From Hemiscyllium ocellatum (taxonomy: Eukaryota), in assembly GCF_020745735.1 (NCBI RefSeq), contig NC_083404.1, forward strand, positions 59,085,731 through 59,149,730: a stretch of 64,000 nt of DNA, written 5' to 3'. Positions within the stretch are counted from its first letter, which is position 1; the number at the start of each line of letters is the position of its first letter. This document shows positions 23,731 to 36,699 of the stretch, piece by piece. The notes beneath the pieces were generated by a model, which searched no databases, was not told the DNA's origin, and saw nothing but the letters and a program-made list of their open reading frames with translations. The position numbers and the translations under genes were made by a program.

Positions 23731-24029
23731 ATGGCTTGGATAGACTGACTAAGTGAGCAAATACTTGGCAAATGCAATATAATGTGACAACATATAAGGT
23801 TGTGCACTTTGGTCACAAAAACACTAGGGAAATTATTATCTGAATGACAGTTTTGTAAAAGGTGAGGTGCAACGAGACCTGGGTGTCATGGTGGAATAGT
23901 CACCAAAGACTGGCTTGCAGGTGCAGCAGGCAGTGACGAAACATCCTGGTTTCCGTAGCGAGAGTCTTTGAGTATCTGAGTAAAGATGTCTTGCTGCAAT
24001 TGTACAGCTCCTTGTTGAAGCCACGTAGA

Positions 24030-25535
24030 GAGTCATAGAGATGTACAGCACGGAAACAGACCCTTCGGTCCAACCCGTCCATGCCGACCAGATATCCCAA
24101 CCCAATCTAGTCTCCCCTGCCAGCACCTGGCCCATATCCCTCCAAACCCTTCCTATTCCTATACCCATCAAAATGCCTCTTAAATGTTGCAATTGTACCA
24201 GCCGCCCGCCACATCCTCTGGCAGCTCATTCCATACATGTACCATCCTCTGTGTGAAAAAGTTGCCCCTGAGGTCTCTTTCCCCTCTCACCCTAAACCTA
24301 TACCCTCTATTTCTGGACTCCCCAACCCCAGGGAAAATACTTTGTCTATTTATCCTATCCATGCCCCTCATAATTTTGTAAACCTCTTTAAGGTCACCCC
24401 TCAGCCTCCGACAGCCCCAGCCTGTTCAGCCTCTCCCTACAGCTCAGATCGTCCAACCCTGGCAGCATCCAGGTAAATCTTTTCTGAACTCTTTTTCAAG
24501 TTTTACAACATCTTTCTGATAGGTAGGAGACCAGAATTGCATGCAATATTCCAACAGTGGCCTGACCAATGTCCTGTACAGCCACAACATGACCTCCCAC
24601 CACCTGTACTCGATATTCTGACCAATAAAGGCAAGCATACCAAACGCTGCCTTCACTATCCTATCTACCTGCGACTCCACTTTCAAGGAGCTATGAACCT
24701 GCACTCCAAGGTCTCTTTGTTCAGGAACACTCGATAGGACCTTACCATTAAATGTATAAGATTTGCTTTCCCAAAATGCACACCTCATATTTATCTGAAT
24801 TAAACTCCATCTGCCACATCTCAGCACATTGGCCCATCTAGTCCAGATCCTGTTGTAATCTGAGGTAATTCTCTTTGCTGTCCACTGCACCTCCAATTTT
24901 GGTGACATCTGCAAACTTACTAACTGTACCTCTTATGCTTGCAGCCAAATCATTTATGTAAATGACAAAAGTAGAGGGCCCAGCACCGATCCTTATGGCA
25001 CTCCACTGGTCACAGGCCTCCAGTCTGAAAAACAACCCTCCACTACCACCCTCTGTCTTCTACCTTTGAGCCAGTTCTGTAACCAAATGGCTAGTTCTCC
25101 CTGTATTCCATGAGATCTAACCTTGCTAAACAGTCTCCCAGGGAGAACCTTGTCAAACACCTTACTGAAGTCCATATAGATCACGTCATCAATCTTCTTT
25201 GTTACTTCTTCAAAAAACTCAATCAAGTTTGTGAGACATGATTTCCCACACACAAAGCCATGTTGACTATCCCGAATCAGTCCTTGTCTTTCCAAATACA
25301 TGTACATCCTGTCCCTCAGGATTCCCTCCAACAACTTGCCCGTCACAGAGGTCAGGCTCACCGGTCTATAGTTCCCTGGCTTGTCTTTATCGCCCTTCTT
25401 AAACAGTGGCACCATGTTAGCCAACCTCCAGTCTTTCGGCACCTCACCTGTGAGTATTGATGATATAAAAATCTCTGCAAGAGGCCCAGCAATCACTTCT
25501 CTGATTCCCACAGAGTTCTAGGGTACACCTGATCA
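24030..25535 (-). mobile_element. CR1 LINE (HER1-like) RT and 3' end
   Basis: ORF 24993-25511 (DWRLANMVPLFKKG...NYRPVSLTSV...YMDFSKVFDKV) and ORF 24444-24914; characteristic 3' tail. Confidence 0.9.
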
Positions 25536-28500
25536 GTACATCTCGAGTATTGTGTGCAGGTTTGGTCTCCTAATCTGAGGAAAGACATTCTTGCTATTGA
25601 GGGAGTCCAGCAAAGGTTCACCAGACTGATTTCTGGGATGGCAGGACTGACCTATGAAGAAAGACTGGATCACCTGGGCTTGTCTTCATTGGAATGTAGA
25701 AAAATATGTGGGGATCTGATAGAAATATATAAAATCCTAATGGGACTGGACAAGCTAGAGATGGGAAGAATGTTCCCAATGTTAAGAGAGTCCAGAATCA
25801 GGGGGTCACAATAAGGGGTAAACCATTCAGGATTGAAATGAGGAATTTCTTCATTCAGAGTTGTGAACCTGTGGCATTCTCTCCAATAGGAAGCTATTAG
25901 AGCTAGTTTATTAGATATATTCAAGAGGAAACCGGAAGTGGCTCTTATGGTTAAGTGGGTGAAGGGGTATGGAGAGAAAGCTGGAATGGGATACCAAAAT
26001 TTCATGATCAATCATGATCATATTGAATGGTTGTGCAGGCTCGAGCCGAATAGCCTACTCCTGCATCTATTTTCTATGTTCTGTTTCATTTCCAGTGACT
26101 CTCTTGTTCAGAATATTTTCTCTCTCTTGCATCAAGGTTTTAAAAAAAAACTAGAATTTTGGAAGGATCACCATAGATGAGGATATTAAAAGCTCTGGAT
26201 TTTAAAGTTACTTTGCTTCAACTTTAATGAGCACAAATGAATTTGTAATGGTTTCTAGCAAACTGAACAGCAACTGCAATTGAAAGTGGTGTGGGGACAA
26301 AAAAAAATCAAAACATGAAATTTTCAGTAGAACTATAGCCACCTGTTAACAAAGGTTTTCAAGTTGCTTTCCATCAATTGGTATTATGTGCATTAGGAAA
26401 ATGATAGACAATGGAGAACATAAACCAAAGGGTAGAAATAAAAAAAAAAATTTTATTGGTATTTTCAGACTGCAAAGATGTGACAAGAGATTTGCACATT
26501 GATCAATGTTGGCGCTTTCACTCTTGGTTTTCTATATGAGGGTGTTTCATGTTGTCTTAAGAGTGTTTACTGGAAAATTGTGTGGATAAGTAGCTGGTAG
26601 ATGCGATTTAACACAATTGACAATTAATATAAAAGAAATAGCAGGAAAGGGTTGTACAATTCTTAAAGCCTGCTACACTGTTCAGTAAGGTCACAACTAA
26701 TCTTCAGATTTAACTCCCTTTTTCTCATCAATTTTCCCCATTTGCCTTGACTATCTTACATCCAAGTAATCTATCAATCTCAACCTTGAATTTAATTACA
26801 AACCACTCAAAGCCTGTCCTCCAATTTTTCCAATTAGCTTTGTATCTTCAACAACTTGAATATATTACACTTGGTTCCTTTTTTCCAGTTATTATTCTAG
26901 CTTGTAATCAGCTGATACCAATTGATTAATTGATTCTTTCAGCACCCAACTAGTTAACAACCTGATAATAACCTGTTTATTCCTGCCGTTTTTCTCTCCT
27001 TTATCCAATTTTCCATCCATTTTATGTTACCCCAACCACACAAACTTTTACCATGTATAACAACTTTTCACATTGCACTCTATTTTAAATAAAATATATT
27101 GAGATAAAAGGTCATAGAAATGAAATGTTAACTGCTTTTCTGTCTACAAATGCTGGCGGGCCTACTGAGTACCTTCAACATTTTTATATTGCTTGCTTTT
27201 AATACTGTAAATGGAGTGGGGCAAATAATTCCATTTTTCCTGCAGATGGATTGGTTTCCACTTCTACACTGAAACCAATGACAAGATGACTTAAAAATGA
27301 GCATTCTATACTCAATAAAAATCCATATGAATTTGACATTCAGGAATGTGACAATTAAATATAGAAAGGTTACCGTGACCAGGTCATGTTAAGAATATAA
27401 AATGTATTCAAATGAAGTGATACTTTCATCGCAATTAATGAGAATCAAAGGACAACCAGGCTTAATTAACAGAGGATTAGAGAAGTAATGAAAAGGGTCA
27501 GAATCAATTTGATAGAGATGGGGCTGATGTAAGCAAATCTTTATTTTCTTCAAAGCAAATGAAATGTAGAAGAAAATTTCAAGAGTTAGATTTACCCCAT
27601 AATTTACTCATGGGGGCAAGGTATTGCAGTGATCATGTTGCTGGACCAATTATCCAGAAGCCACTAATGTTCTGTATACATGGGCTCCAATTAGAATGAA
27701 AGTTCAATTAATACAAAGCTGAAATTAAAATCTAGTTTCTGCAATTATTGAGTCATAGAACTCTATGATTATAAAACTTATTTCAGTTTGCAGTAATAAC
27801 CTATCTGGTTCTCTAATGTCATTTACAGAAATAAATCTGCCTTCCTTTCCCTGTGTGGCCTACGTGTGATCTCCAGATCTGTGGTGATATAGCTGATGTT
27901 AAGTGCCCTCTGACTTGAGCCAACACGTCATTCAATTCAAAAGTAGATAGTGATGAGCAACAAATGCTGCTCTTGCATATTTTCCACAAAAAACAAAAAC
28001 AAAAAAAAATTGAGGAAGAATCTAAAGTGGAGGGTGAAGGATCTGAACAAAATAAATTTGCATTGATATTTTAAGAAGAATGGAGGTAACAATATACAAT
28101 TATTTTGCTGTAGCTAGAACCTAATACTGAAGGAAAAAAGGTTTAAACTATTTACATAATGTGGATTTTAAAAGCTATTGGGCAAGCATAGTAGAGAAAG
28201 GGATGATGGGACGAAATTAGGTGCAGGAGGTCTAAGGTTTTGGATGAGTTGGAACTTGGGAGGATCATGTTTATGGTGTATTTGGTTGCGAATACTACCA
28301 TTGTTCGGAGAGCTGTTCCTCGTGATTCTGAGCTTGTGACAGTGAGTGTTGGAATGCAAACAAACTATGATCATAAATTAAGAGAACTTTCAATAGCATG
28401 TGTGGTCACTCTACCCATGCTTTGTAGATACTTTTCTTCTGGTGATTTTTTTTTCAAACTTTGTATGAGTTTGATTTTGATACTGGTGAAATATTTCTTC

Positions 28501-29394
28501 CTGCTCCAGAATCTTGTTTTAATCCTACACATTTAGTTGTTTTTCAATATAAAGTTGCACCATTAGGGAAATTCCATTACAAAGCAAGAAAGAAAGCCTT
28601 GGTTTACAAGTATGAAATGTTGAACTCTTTTTTTCTGTATAACTTGTAGCCAAGGATACAAGTTCTCAATCCTCCCTTGTTTTGAACTAGATGTCCATTC
28701 TTGGAGTTATCACTTAATTCCACGAACCTCCAACTCACTGATCTTGTTTCTAACACTAGATTTACGTGCATGCCTCTTTGCATATTTTGCATTTTTCTCT
28801 ATTTGATTCCCTTTTATTTCTACTAGTCTTCATTATAATGTTATTTGTCTCTCAGCATTTTATCCCTCCAATGTTTTATCCTGGTATTAACTGAAACCCT
28901 TTCAGTTTTAAACCCTTTCAACTCCTGTGAGAACATTGGTTTTCGCCCTGTCCATCTTTGTCAACTCCTGACTGTATCACAGTTGATCCCAATGCACCAG
29001 AAATCTAAAACACTCTGCTTAACATTTTTTCAGCCACATATTAATTTGCTTTATCATAATGCTCCAAAACAAACTAGCAATTGGTGTTGAGAGAGATTGC
29101 TCCTCTTCTGGGGACTTTTAAACTCTAAAATAGTTTTCTTGACTCCAGTTTAACTGTGGGACCTCAATGATTTTTGATACCAATTCTGATTACAAAATGG
29201 GCCAAACACATGACACTTTAGTAAGTGGAAAGTTCTACATGTATTCATTTTATGGAAAGGAAGAACATTATTTGATTCTTTTCCTGCTGCCTAATACAAA
29301 ATAATGGGATTATTTTGGTTCTTATATATGTCACTTGGCTCTCTAGTGTGCAGCCCCCTCACGCACCAGAAATATTACACACAAATTCATTTAA

Positions 29395-30050
29395 TAGTCA
29401 GAGATGTACAGCATGGAATCAGACCCTTCAGTCCAACCCGTCCATGCCGATCAGATATCCTAACTCAATCTAGTCCCACCTGCCAGCACTCGGCCCATAT
29501 CCCTCCAAACCCTTCCTATTCATATACCCATCCAAAGTGCCTCTTAAATGTTGCAATTGTACCAGCCTCCACCACATCCTCTGGCAGCTCATTCCATACA
29601 CGTATCACCCTCTGCGTGAAAAAGTTGCCCCTGAGGTCTCTTTTATATCTTTCCCCTCTCACCCTAAACCTACGCCCTCTAGTTCTGGACTCCCCAACCC
29701 CAGAGAAAAGACTTTGTCTATTTATCCTATCCATGCCCTCATAATTTTGTAAACCTCTATAAGGTCACCTCCTTAGCCTCTGACGCTCCAGGGAAAACAG
29801 CCCCAGCCTGTTCCTGTAGCTCAAATCCTCAAACCTGGCAACATCCTTGTAAATCTTTTCTGAACCCTTTCAAGTTTCGCGACATCTTTCCGATAGGAAG
29901 GAGACCAGAACTGCACGCAATATTCCAACAGTGGCCTAACCAATGTCCTGTACAGCTGCAACATGACCTCCCAACTCCTGTACTCAAGACTCTGACCAAT
30001 AAAGGAAAGCATACCAAACGCTGCCTTCACTGTCCTATCTACCTGCGACT
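29395..30050 (-). mobile_element. CR1 (HER1-like) 3' fragment
   Basis: ORFs 29516-29734 and 29821-30054. Confidence 0.88.
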
Positions 30051-30779
30051 TCACTTTTCCCCCACTTCCTTGCTTTTTTATGGTTGTTACATATTACTTT
30101 ACCCCTTTCTACTTTTAAAAGGTATGGGTGCACAGGAGTACACAATATACAGAATCTAAAGCACTTCTCGAAACCCCTGACTCTTTCTGGAGCACTACTG
30201 CTCCCAAAGGAATCCTGCATATGGCAGTGGAGAGACAGGACGGATGATAAAGTTCTGCGCTATCTCTCTGTCTCACTGTCGGTTCTTCTCACCATGACAA
30301 ACAGCAGCCAACATTGCAGTCGTATTTTTCAGGTGCGCTGGCCATCAGCACCAAACGTTTGTCTGTTACAAACTTGGCATATTTTAGTGTCAATGCGGTG
30401 CAGCAAGGACCCAGACCAAAACAAAACATGAAATCCAACAAATTGACTTCTTGTTAGCAATGTAACACGAAACAGCAATCTGATCGGTGGCAAACTTCGT
30501 GAGCGCGTTCAAATTACAATAATCCTAAAATTCAACACTGATCTGCCAAATGACTGCTCAGAACTTTGCGCATCAACAAAATATATGGAGCGCAAACGAC
30601 TTTGTATTTTTTGCGTTTTATGAAACCAGTAGCAAAATTTCCATAATTTCTGACGCACTTACACACCAAATCTCTTTAAATTTCAATTGTACACTGCCCT
30701 TGAAGGCAGTTGCTCGGCTTTTTTTTTGCGTGAGAAGAGACTGGCAGCAACTCTACTGATCGACTAATAAAATATACTG

Positions 30780-31166
30780 GACAGTACATGGAGCCAATTA
30801 AGTATTTTAAACGACCTGACTCTCAGCGCTCTGTAGACTAGCTATTCTACAGATGGCACTTCGCGTGTGTGGGTGTACGCTTTATTTGGCGGTGGTTTCA
30901 ACAGATTTAGCGGGCATTTGCAAACGGCCCAATTAGATCGCAGTGGCGCAAATTTCAAATCCAAACGAGGGAACCAGCAAAGAGGGCTTCGCGTGGAGGC
31001 AGCATCTGGTTCCCAAGACGATGAGGAAGAGGGATTGGAGCTCTGGGCGCGTTGCTATAGCAAAAGCATCTCTTGCAGCAGCTCTTCTTTGCTCGGGCAC
31101 CCGCAGTGTAACCAACTTAATCTGCAGCGTTCGTCAGAACCGGCTCTCTGTTTGTACACGGTGTTT
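30780..31166 (+). promoter_or_regulatory. FBXO43: Probable FBXO43 promoter/5'UTR within a CpG-rich island (~30180-31330)
   Basis: E2F-like TTTGGCGG 30885-30892; CCAAT 30929-30933; GGCGC-4nt-TTCAAA (CDE/CHR-like) 30945-30959; X-box GTTGCTATAGCAAA 31051-31064. Confidence 0.6.
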
Positions 31167-31240
31167 ATGTCCACGGACGTGGAACGAATTTATAATGACC
31201 ACGGATGGGAAAAGGTGGAGCGACTGTGCAATTCTGAAAG
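31167..31240 (+). CDS. FBXO43: Candidate FBXO43 first coding exon (MSTDVERIYNDHGWEKVERLCNSE(R))
   Basis: ATG 31167; donor AAG|gtgact; phase 2 matches the acceptor at 40948, giving an open frame into the large exon (704 aa total). Confidence 0.45.
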
Positions 31241-31289
31241 GTGACTCTATTTTAATTAGAATCAAAAAGTAGTTTCAAATTAAGGCCAG

Positions 31290-33110
31290 AAAGTATAGGA
31301 GCAGACATAGGCGATTCGGTCCATCCAGTCAGCTCCTCGGTTCGATCATGATTGAAATGTTTCTCAACTCCAATTTCCTGCCTTCTCGCTGCAAACCTTG
31401 ATCCCCTTACTAATCAAGAACTTATCTGTCTTGAATGCACTCAGTTACTTGGCGTCCTTACCAAGTCTGGTTGAAGAAATACCTCCTCATCGCAGTTTTA
31501 AAGTGTCGCGCCTTCGAAGGCCTGCGCTTGGGTCCTAGTCTCTCCCACCAGTGAAAACATCTTCATTGGAGGTTGACAGATGACCTTAGAGATTTATAAA
31601 ATTGAGGGTCTTTGGGAAGGTGAATAGCCAAGATATTTTGCCTAGGTTAGGGGAGTCCAAAATGTCCCTACCCTAGTCATAGGTTTATGGTGCAAGGAAT
31701 AGATTTAGAAGAGAGCTGAAAGACAAACTTTTTCACCCAGGATGGCATGTGGAATGATCTAGCAGAAGCAGGTCCAATTGGAAAATTTTTAAAAGACATT
31801 GTGTCAGGTATACAAAAGGGAAAGGCTTAGAGGGATTTGGGCCAAATGCAGGCAAGTGGGGCCAAATTAGTTTAGGAAAATTGGTGTGGGTGAGTTGGAC
31901 TGAAAGATCTGTTTCCATACTGTTTGACTATCCAGGCTTCTCAATATTCTGTAAGTTTCTAAACTCCATTGAGCACAGATTCAGTGTCCTCAAATGCTCC
32001 TCATATGATCTCCTGGACCATTCCTGTAAATCTCTGCATCCCTCCATGGCCAGTATATCTCCTTAGATACAGGCCCTCAATATTCCAAATGTAGTTTGAT
32101 CTGAGCCTTATGCAGCCTCTGCAGTGCATCTTTGCTCTTTTATTCCAGCCTTGTTGAAATGAGTGCAAATGCTGCACCTGTTTTCCTAAATACCAACCTT
32201 ACGAGAATTCTGAACGAGGCTCCCAAGTCCTTTTTGTGCTTTAGATTTCTGAGGCCTTTCCCTATTTTAAAAAAAAATCCATGCCTCTAATTTTCCTACA
32301 ATGCACTTACCCACCATGTATTCCACGTGCCACATTTTGCCCACTCTCCTTGCTTGTTCAAGTCCCTCTGCAGCCTCCCAATGCCACCTGTCCTTTCACC
32401 TATCTGTTATCTTCAAAAATGCCCTAAGTTCCTTCATCCAGATTGTTAATGTATAATATGAATAGTTGTGGTCCCAACACTGAACCAAGCAAAACTTCGC
32501 TACTTACTGGCTGCTATCTCTTATCCCCATTCTCTGCCTTTTGCCTGTCAGCCATAACTTGCCCGTAATGCCATGGAGTTCATATTTTATTCAGCAGCCT
32601 CCAGTGCAGTACCTCATCAAAAACTTTCTGGAAATCTAAATAGATCATGCTCATTGGCTATTCTCTGCCTAATCTGTTTGTTACCTACTCAATTCTAACA
32701 GATTTGCCAGACACGACCATTCCTTGAAAAAGCCTTGCTGACTCGGCTTTATTTTGCCATGCACTTCCAAGTACTCTGCAACCTCATCCTTAATAATGGA
32801 GTCTAGAATCTTAGTAACAACTGAAGTCAGGCTAGCTGGGCTATAGCTTTGTCTTCTGCCTGCATCCCTTCTTAATGATGTTACATCAACCATTTTACAG
32901 TCCTTTAGGACTCCCCCTGACTCTAGTAATTCCAGAAATATCACCACCAATGCCTGTACAATATCCTCAAACATCTCCTTCAGAGCTCTGGGATGGAGTT
33001 CATTAGGTCTGGATGATTTATTCACCTTCAGATCTTTCAGCTTCCCCAGCACCTTTTCCTTGGTGATCATCACTACACTCACCTCTGCCCCGACTCTCTC
33101 AAAAGTTCTA
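31290..33110 (-). mobile_element. Degenerate CR1 fragments (with a + strand CR1 3' piece at ~31570-31930)
   Basis: ORF 32681-33142 is CR1 ORF2-like. Confidence 0.72.
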
Positions 33111-34453
33111 GTCCAATTTTGATCTTTATTGGAGTTTGTCACAGTATTTCTTTTTTTTTTCGCTTGTAGGTGGTGGCTGCTCGTGCTGTCCTATCCTGAA
33201 TAAGGGGGCTATTGCACTCCCATGGGAAGTCGAGCTGGTGCTGGTATGGGGCCGTGTTCTATATTTGCTACCCTTTCACTAGAAGTCGTTAAGGAATGCT
33301 TAAAGCCTTTCAAGAAGTAGTCTAAGCATCCATGTATATTTTTTACTCGTCAGAGGTTGGGGTATACCAAAACCCATCATCACATTCATAATTTTTATTC
33401 GTAAAAACTTGGATGATCTCAGATTTTAATCTAGTCTGTGTTCACTGGTTTATGATTATTGCCATAATATGCTGTCTTGCTCTGGGTGGGAGCTGAAGTA
33501 TCTTATCATATGGATTGGTCCTGCTGGAACGTATTTGGCCTGTTGTAATATTTATAAAGAAAATGTAATGGGCAGGAAAGCTACCATGTCGTTGGTTCGA
33601 CTCTGGATTCTGTTTTTGCAAGCACATGAAGAATCCTTAATTGAATGTGCTAGTATCTTGAACATTTTGCTCATTGTAAATACAGTAGAAAGTCTGAATT
33701 GAAAACATTTATTTGAACATATAAGCTATGAAAGGGAAAGGGTGTGCTGTCAAACACAAATTCAACACTTGGTGTGATGAAAATTTTTTCAACCACTGCC
33801 ATTTAAAGTAATATTTGGTTGATTAATAAAGTACATTAAATTTGTAAAACATGTGACTTGATATGAAGAAAGTATATCCTTGTTTGTTTTAATTGTGAAC
33901 TGGTACTATTCATACTTGCACGACTTGAATATTGTTAAGGAGACACTTTATTTGAACTTTCTATCTGTCCTCTCTTCTTTCCCGTCAAAGCTTTAACACA
34001 CATGGTTGTGCACAAAAACTGATGATATGTGTTCTGATTTTTTTTTTCTGCCCAAATAAACTTTAATAGATTCAATGCACACATTGTCTGCAAAAATTGT
34101 GGCTGATATGACTTCTAGTGAAAAGATTGTTTGTAGATGTGGGCAGATGATTAATCTTGATCAGGGTTTTGACCTATAAAAGCTATTGATCAGCAGAGAA
34201 GCTCAGCAAATTTTATTTGCGGCACAGTTCATAGTGCAAATAATCAGCAGAAGTGCACACTTTTTTTTATTATACAAAAATATCAGAACAGTGATAGGCC
34301 AATTTCAACCCCTAGAGTCTCATCTGCCAGATTGGGTTATCTGTACCTCCACAGTTAGCTGTCTTTGCTCCTTATCTATTGCGTGGCAAAAATCTGCCAT
34401 TCTGAATCCTGACCACATCAGTCAATTCCAATTGGGCTTGAGTTCCACATTTC

Positions 34454-34456
<3 letters not shown>

Positions 34457-34532
<76 letters not shown>
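34457..34532. repeat. (TG)38 microsatellite
   Basis: Directly visible. Confidence 0.98.
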
Positions 34533-34533
<1 letters not shown>

Positions 34534-34994
34534 TGGTGGATGATATGTGGTGCTTTTCTCATGTACTTCATAGATAAAATTGAGACAACCAATCATCCAT
34601 GATTGAGGTGATAACACAATATGTATGTTGTTTAATTGAATTGGTAGCAGTATTAAACATTTGGAGAACTTGAGTTGGTAGCTTCTTCAGAATGAACAAA
34701 GTTTTAATCATGATACATTTCCCTCTAATGAATACAGAAAGGTTAATCACTCAAGTGCATCACCAAAGCTCTTACATGACTTTGCTTCAAAAATGGTGTG
34801 GCTCCAACTTTTTTAGATGATCCACAACCCTTCCGAATTTAGTATTTCATTTTTCCTATCGGTAAATAGTTACACTCTTTATCCTATTAAATGTGTTTTA
34901 ATGTTTAAACATCAGTTTTCTAACTCTCCAATACTTTAACAAACTTGTATCATCAAGGTTACTTCCAATTACATGCAAGTTGCAAAGACATAGC

Positions 34995-35685
34995 ACCTTG
35001 AAAATGGAGTCGCAGGTAGATAGGATAGTGAAGAAGGTGTTTGGTATGCTTTTCTTTATTGGACAGAGTACTAAATAAAGGAGTTGGGAGGTCATGTTGC
35101 AGCTGTACAGGACATTGATTAGGCTACTGTTGGAATATTGCGTGCAATTCTGGTCTCCTTCCTATCAGAAAGATGTTGTGAAACATGAAAGGGTTCAGGA
35201 AAGATTTTACAAGGATGTTGCAAGGGTTGGAGGATTTGAGCTGTAGAGAGGGGCTGAATAGGCTAGGGCTGTTTTCCTTCGTGCGTCGGAGGCTGAGTGG
35301 TTACCTAATAGAGATTTATAACATCATGAGGGGAATGGTTAGGAGAAATAGACAGTCTTTTCCCTGGGGTTGGGGAGTCCAGAACTAGAGGGCATAGGTT
35401 TAGGGTGAGAGGGAAAAGATATAAAAGAGACCTAAGGGGCAACTTTTTCACGCAGAGGGTGGTGCGTGTATGGAATGAGCTGCCAGAGGATGTGGTGGAG
35501 GCTGGTACAATTGCAACATGTAAGAGGCATTTGAATGGGTATATGAATAGGAAGGGTTTGGAGGGATATGGGCTGGGTGCTGGCAGGTGGGACTAGATTG
35601 GGTTGGGATATCTGGTCAGTATGGACCGGTTGGACCGAAGGGTCTATTTCAATGCTGTACATCTCTCTGACTCTACGACTCTATT
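34995..35685 (+). mobile_element. CR1 (HER1-like) 3' fragment
   Basis: ORFs 35185-35388 and 35405-35596; 3' tail. Confidence 0.88.
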
Positions 35686-36699
35686 ATGATTTACTTTTAC
35701 TTTTACACTTTCTATATTACCATCTTGATTTGGATCATTACTCTTAGAGTTTACATTCAGTCTGCTACTCAGTCAAATCAGAATTTTTATGTTACAGCAG
35801 TTAGTGAGCGATAAGAATTTTCTAACACTAATTGAGCTGAAAAGCATATACAGTACACAGGTCTACTTTTTGGAGGAACAATTGATATTGAACCGAAGGA
35901 AAAGTTGTCAATATTTTAAAAACCCCAGAAAAGTGAGTTCAACTTTAAGAAAATCTTGTTGCCTAGCTCTCTTGTTTCTGCTCCTCACCATAAAACACAT
36001 TCTTCAGTCATAGTAAACCATTATGTGTATGACAGTTCTGGGTATTGTCCAAGGCAGCCAAAGATATAGATATCCTTGCAAACAATACTTGAAATATTGA
36101 ATGAGTGAAAAAATGTTTTAGAACTGAGAAAGTCCTGAGATTGCTGTGGAGGTCATTGGAGATGCAGAGACTGAAATGAAATGCCTGGGCTTTTTTTTTT
36201 AAAAGTTAGAAAGCTCTGTAAAGAAAGAATTCCCTGCATGGGGTAGATGCCAAGGGAATATTTATTTGTGTCTGGTGGGTTGTGGTATTTGTGTCAGTGA
36301 TGCATGTACTTGAATGAGCAAGCTGCATTGTTGAGATATACCTCAGACATGGGTTGCGATTTATATCAGACACCCAGAATAAAGTACAAGTCACGTGATT
36401 TTGTTTAAACTGTGGCCTAAGTCTGTTACATTTGAGTTAAGGCAGAACTGTGTATTGTTTTGAATCATTACCTTTCTTTAATTAAATTTGTTCAGTTATT
36501 ACTGCTTGTATTTGTTTTAGTCAAATAGTTATATAATAGTGATTCTTCAAATGATGTGCTCTATCGAGCCAGATCCTAACCAACATCTGGTTCGTCCAAT
36601 ATTGATATAACTGAGATCGTAACAAACTTCAGAATTAAAAAGAAGGGTTTTGTTTTTGTTTCCTACTTTCCATGTAGTTTGCGTTTTCATTTATTTCCA

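Larger units (their letters stand above)
23490..26085 (+). mobile_element. CR1 fragment (+) interrupted by younger insertions at 23602-23730 and 24030-25535
   Basis: KCNISEFADD at ~23520 continues as QVWSPNLRKDILAIEGVQQRFTRLI in ORF 25554-25814. Confidence 0.75.

Noticed and set aside
34186-34617. ORFs with (CV)n and (HT)n runs
   Set aside because: Translations of the (TG)38 microsatellite
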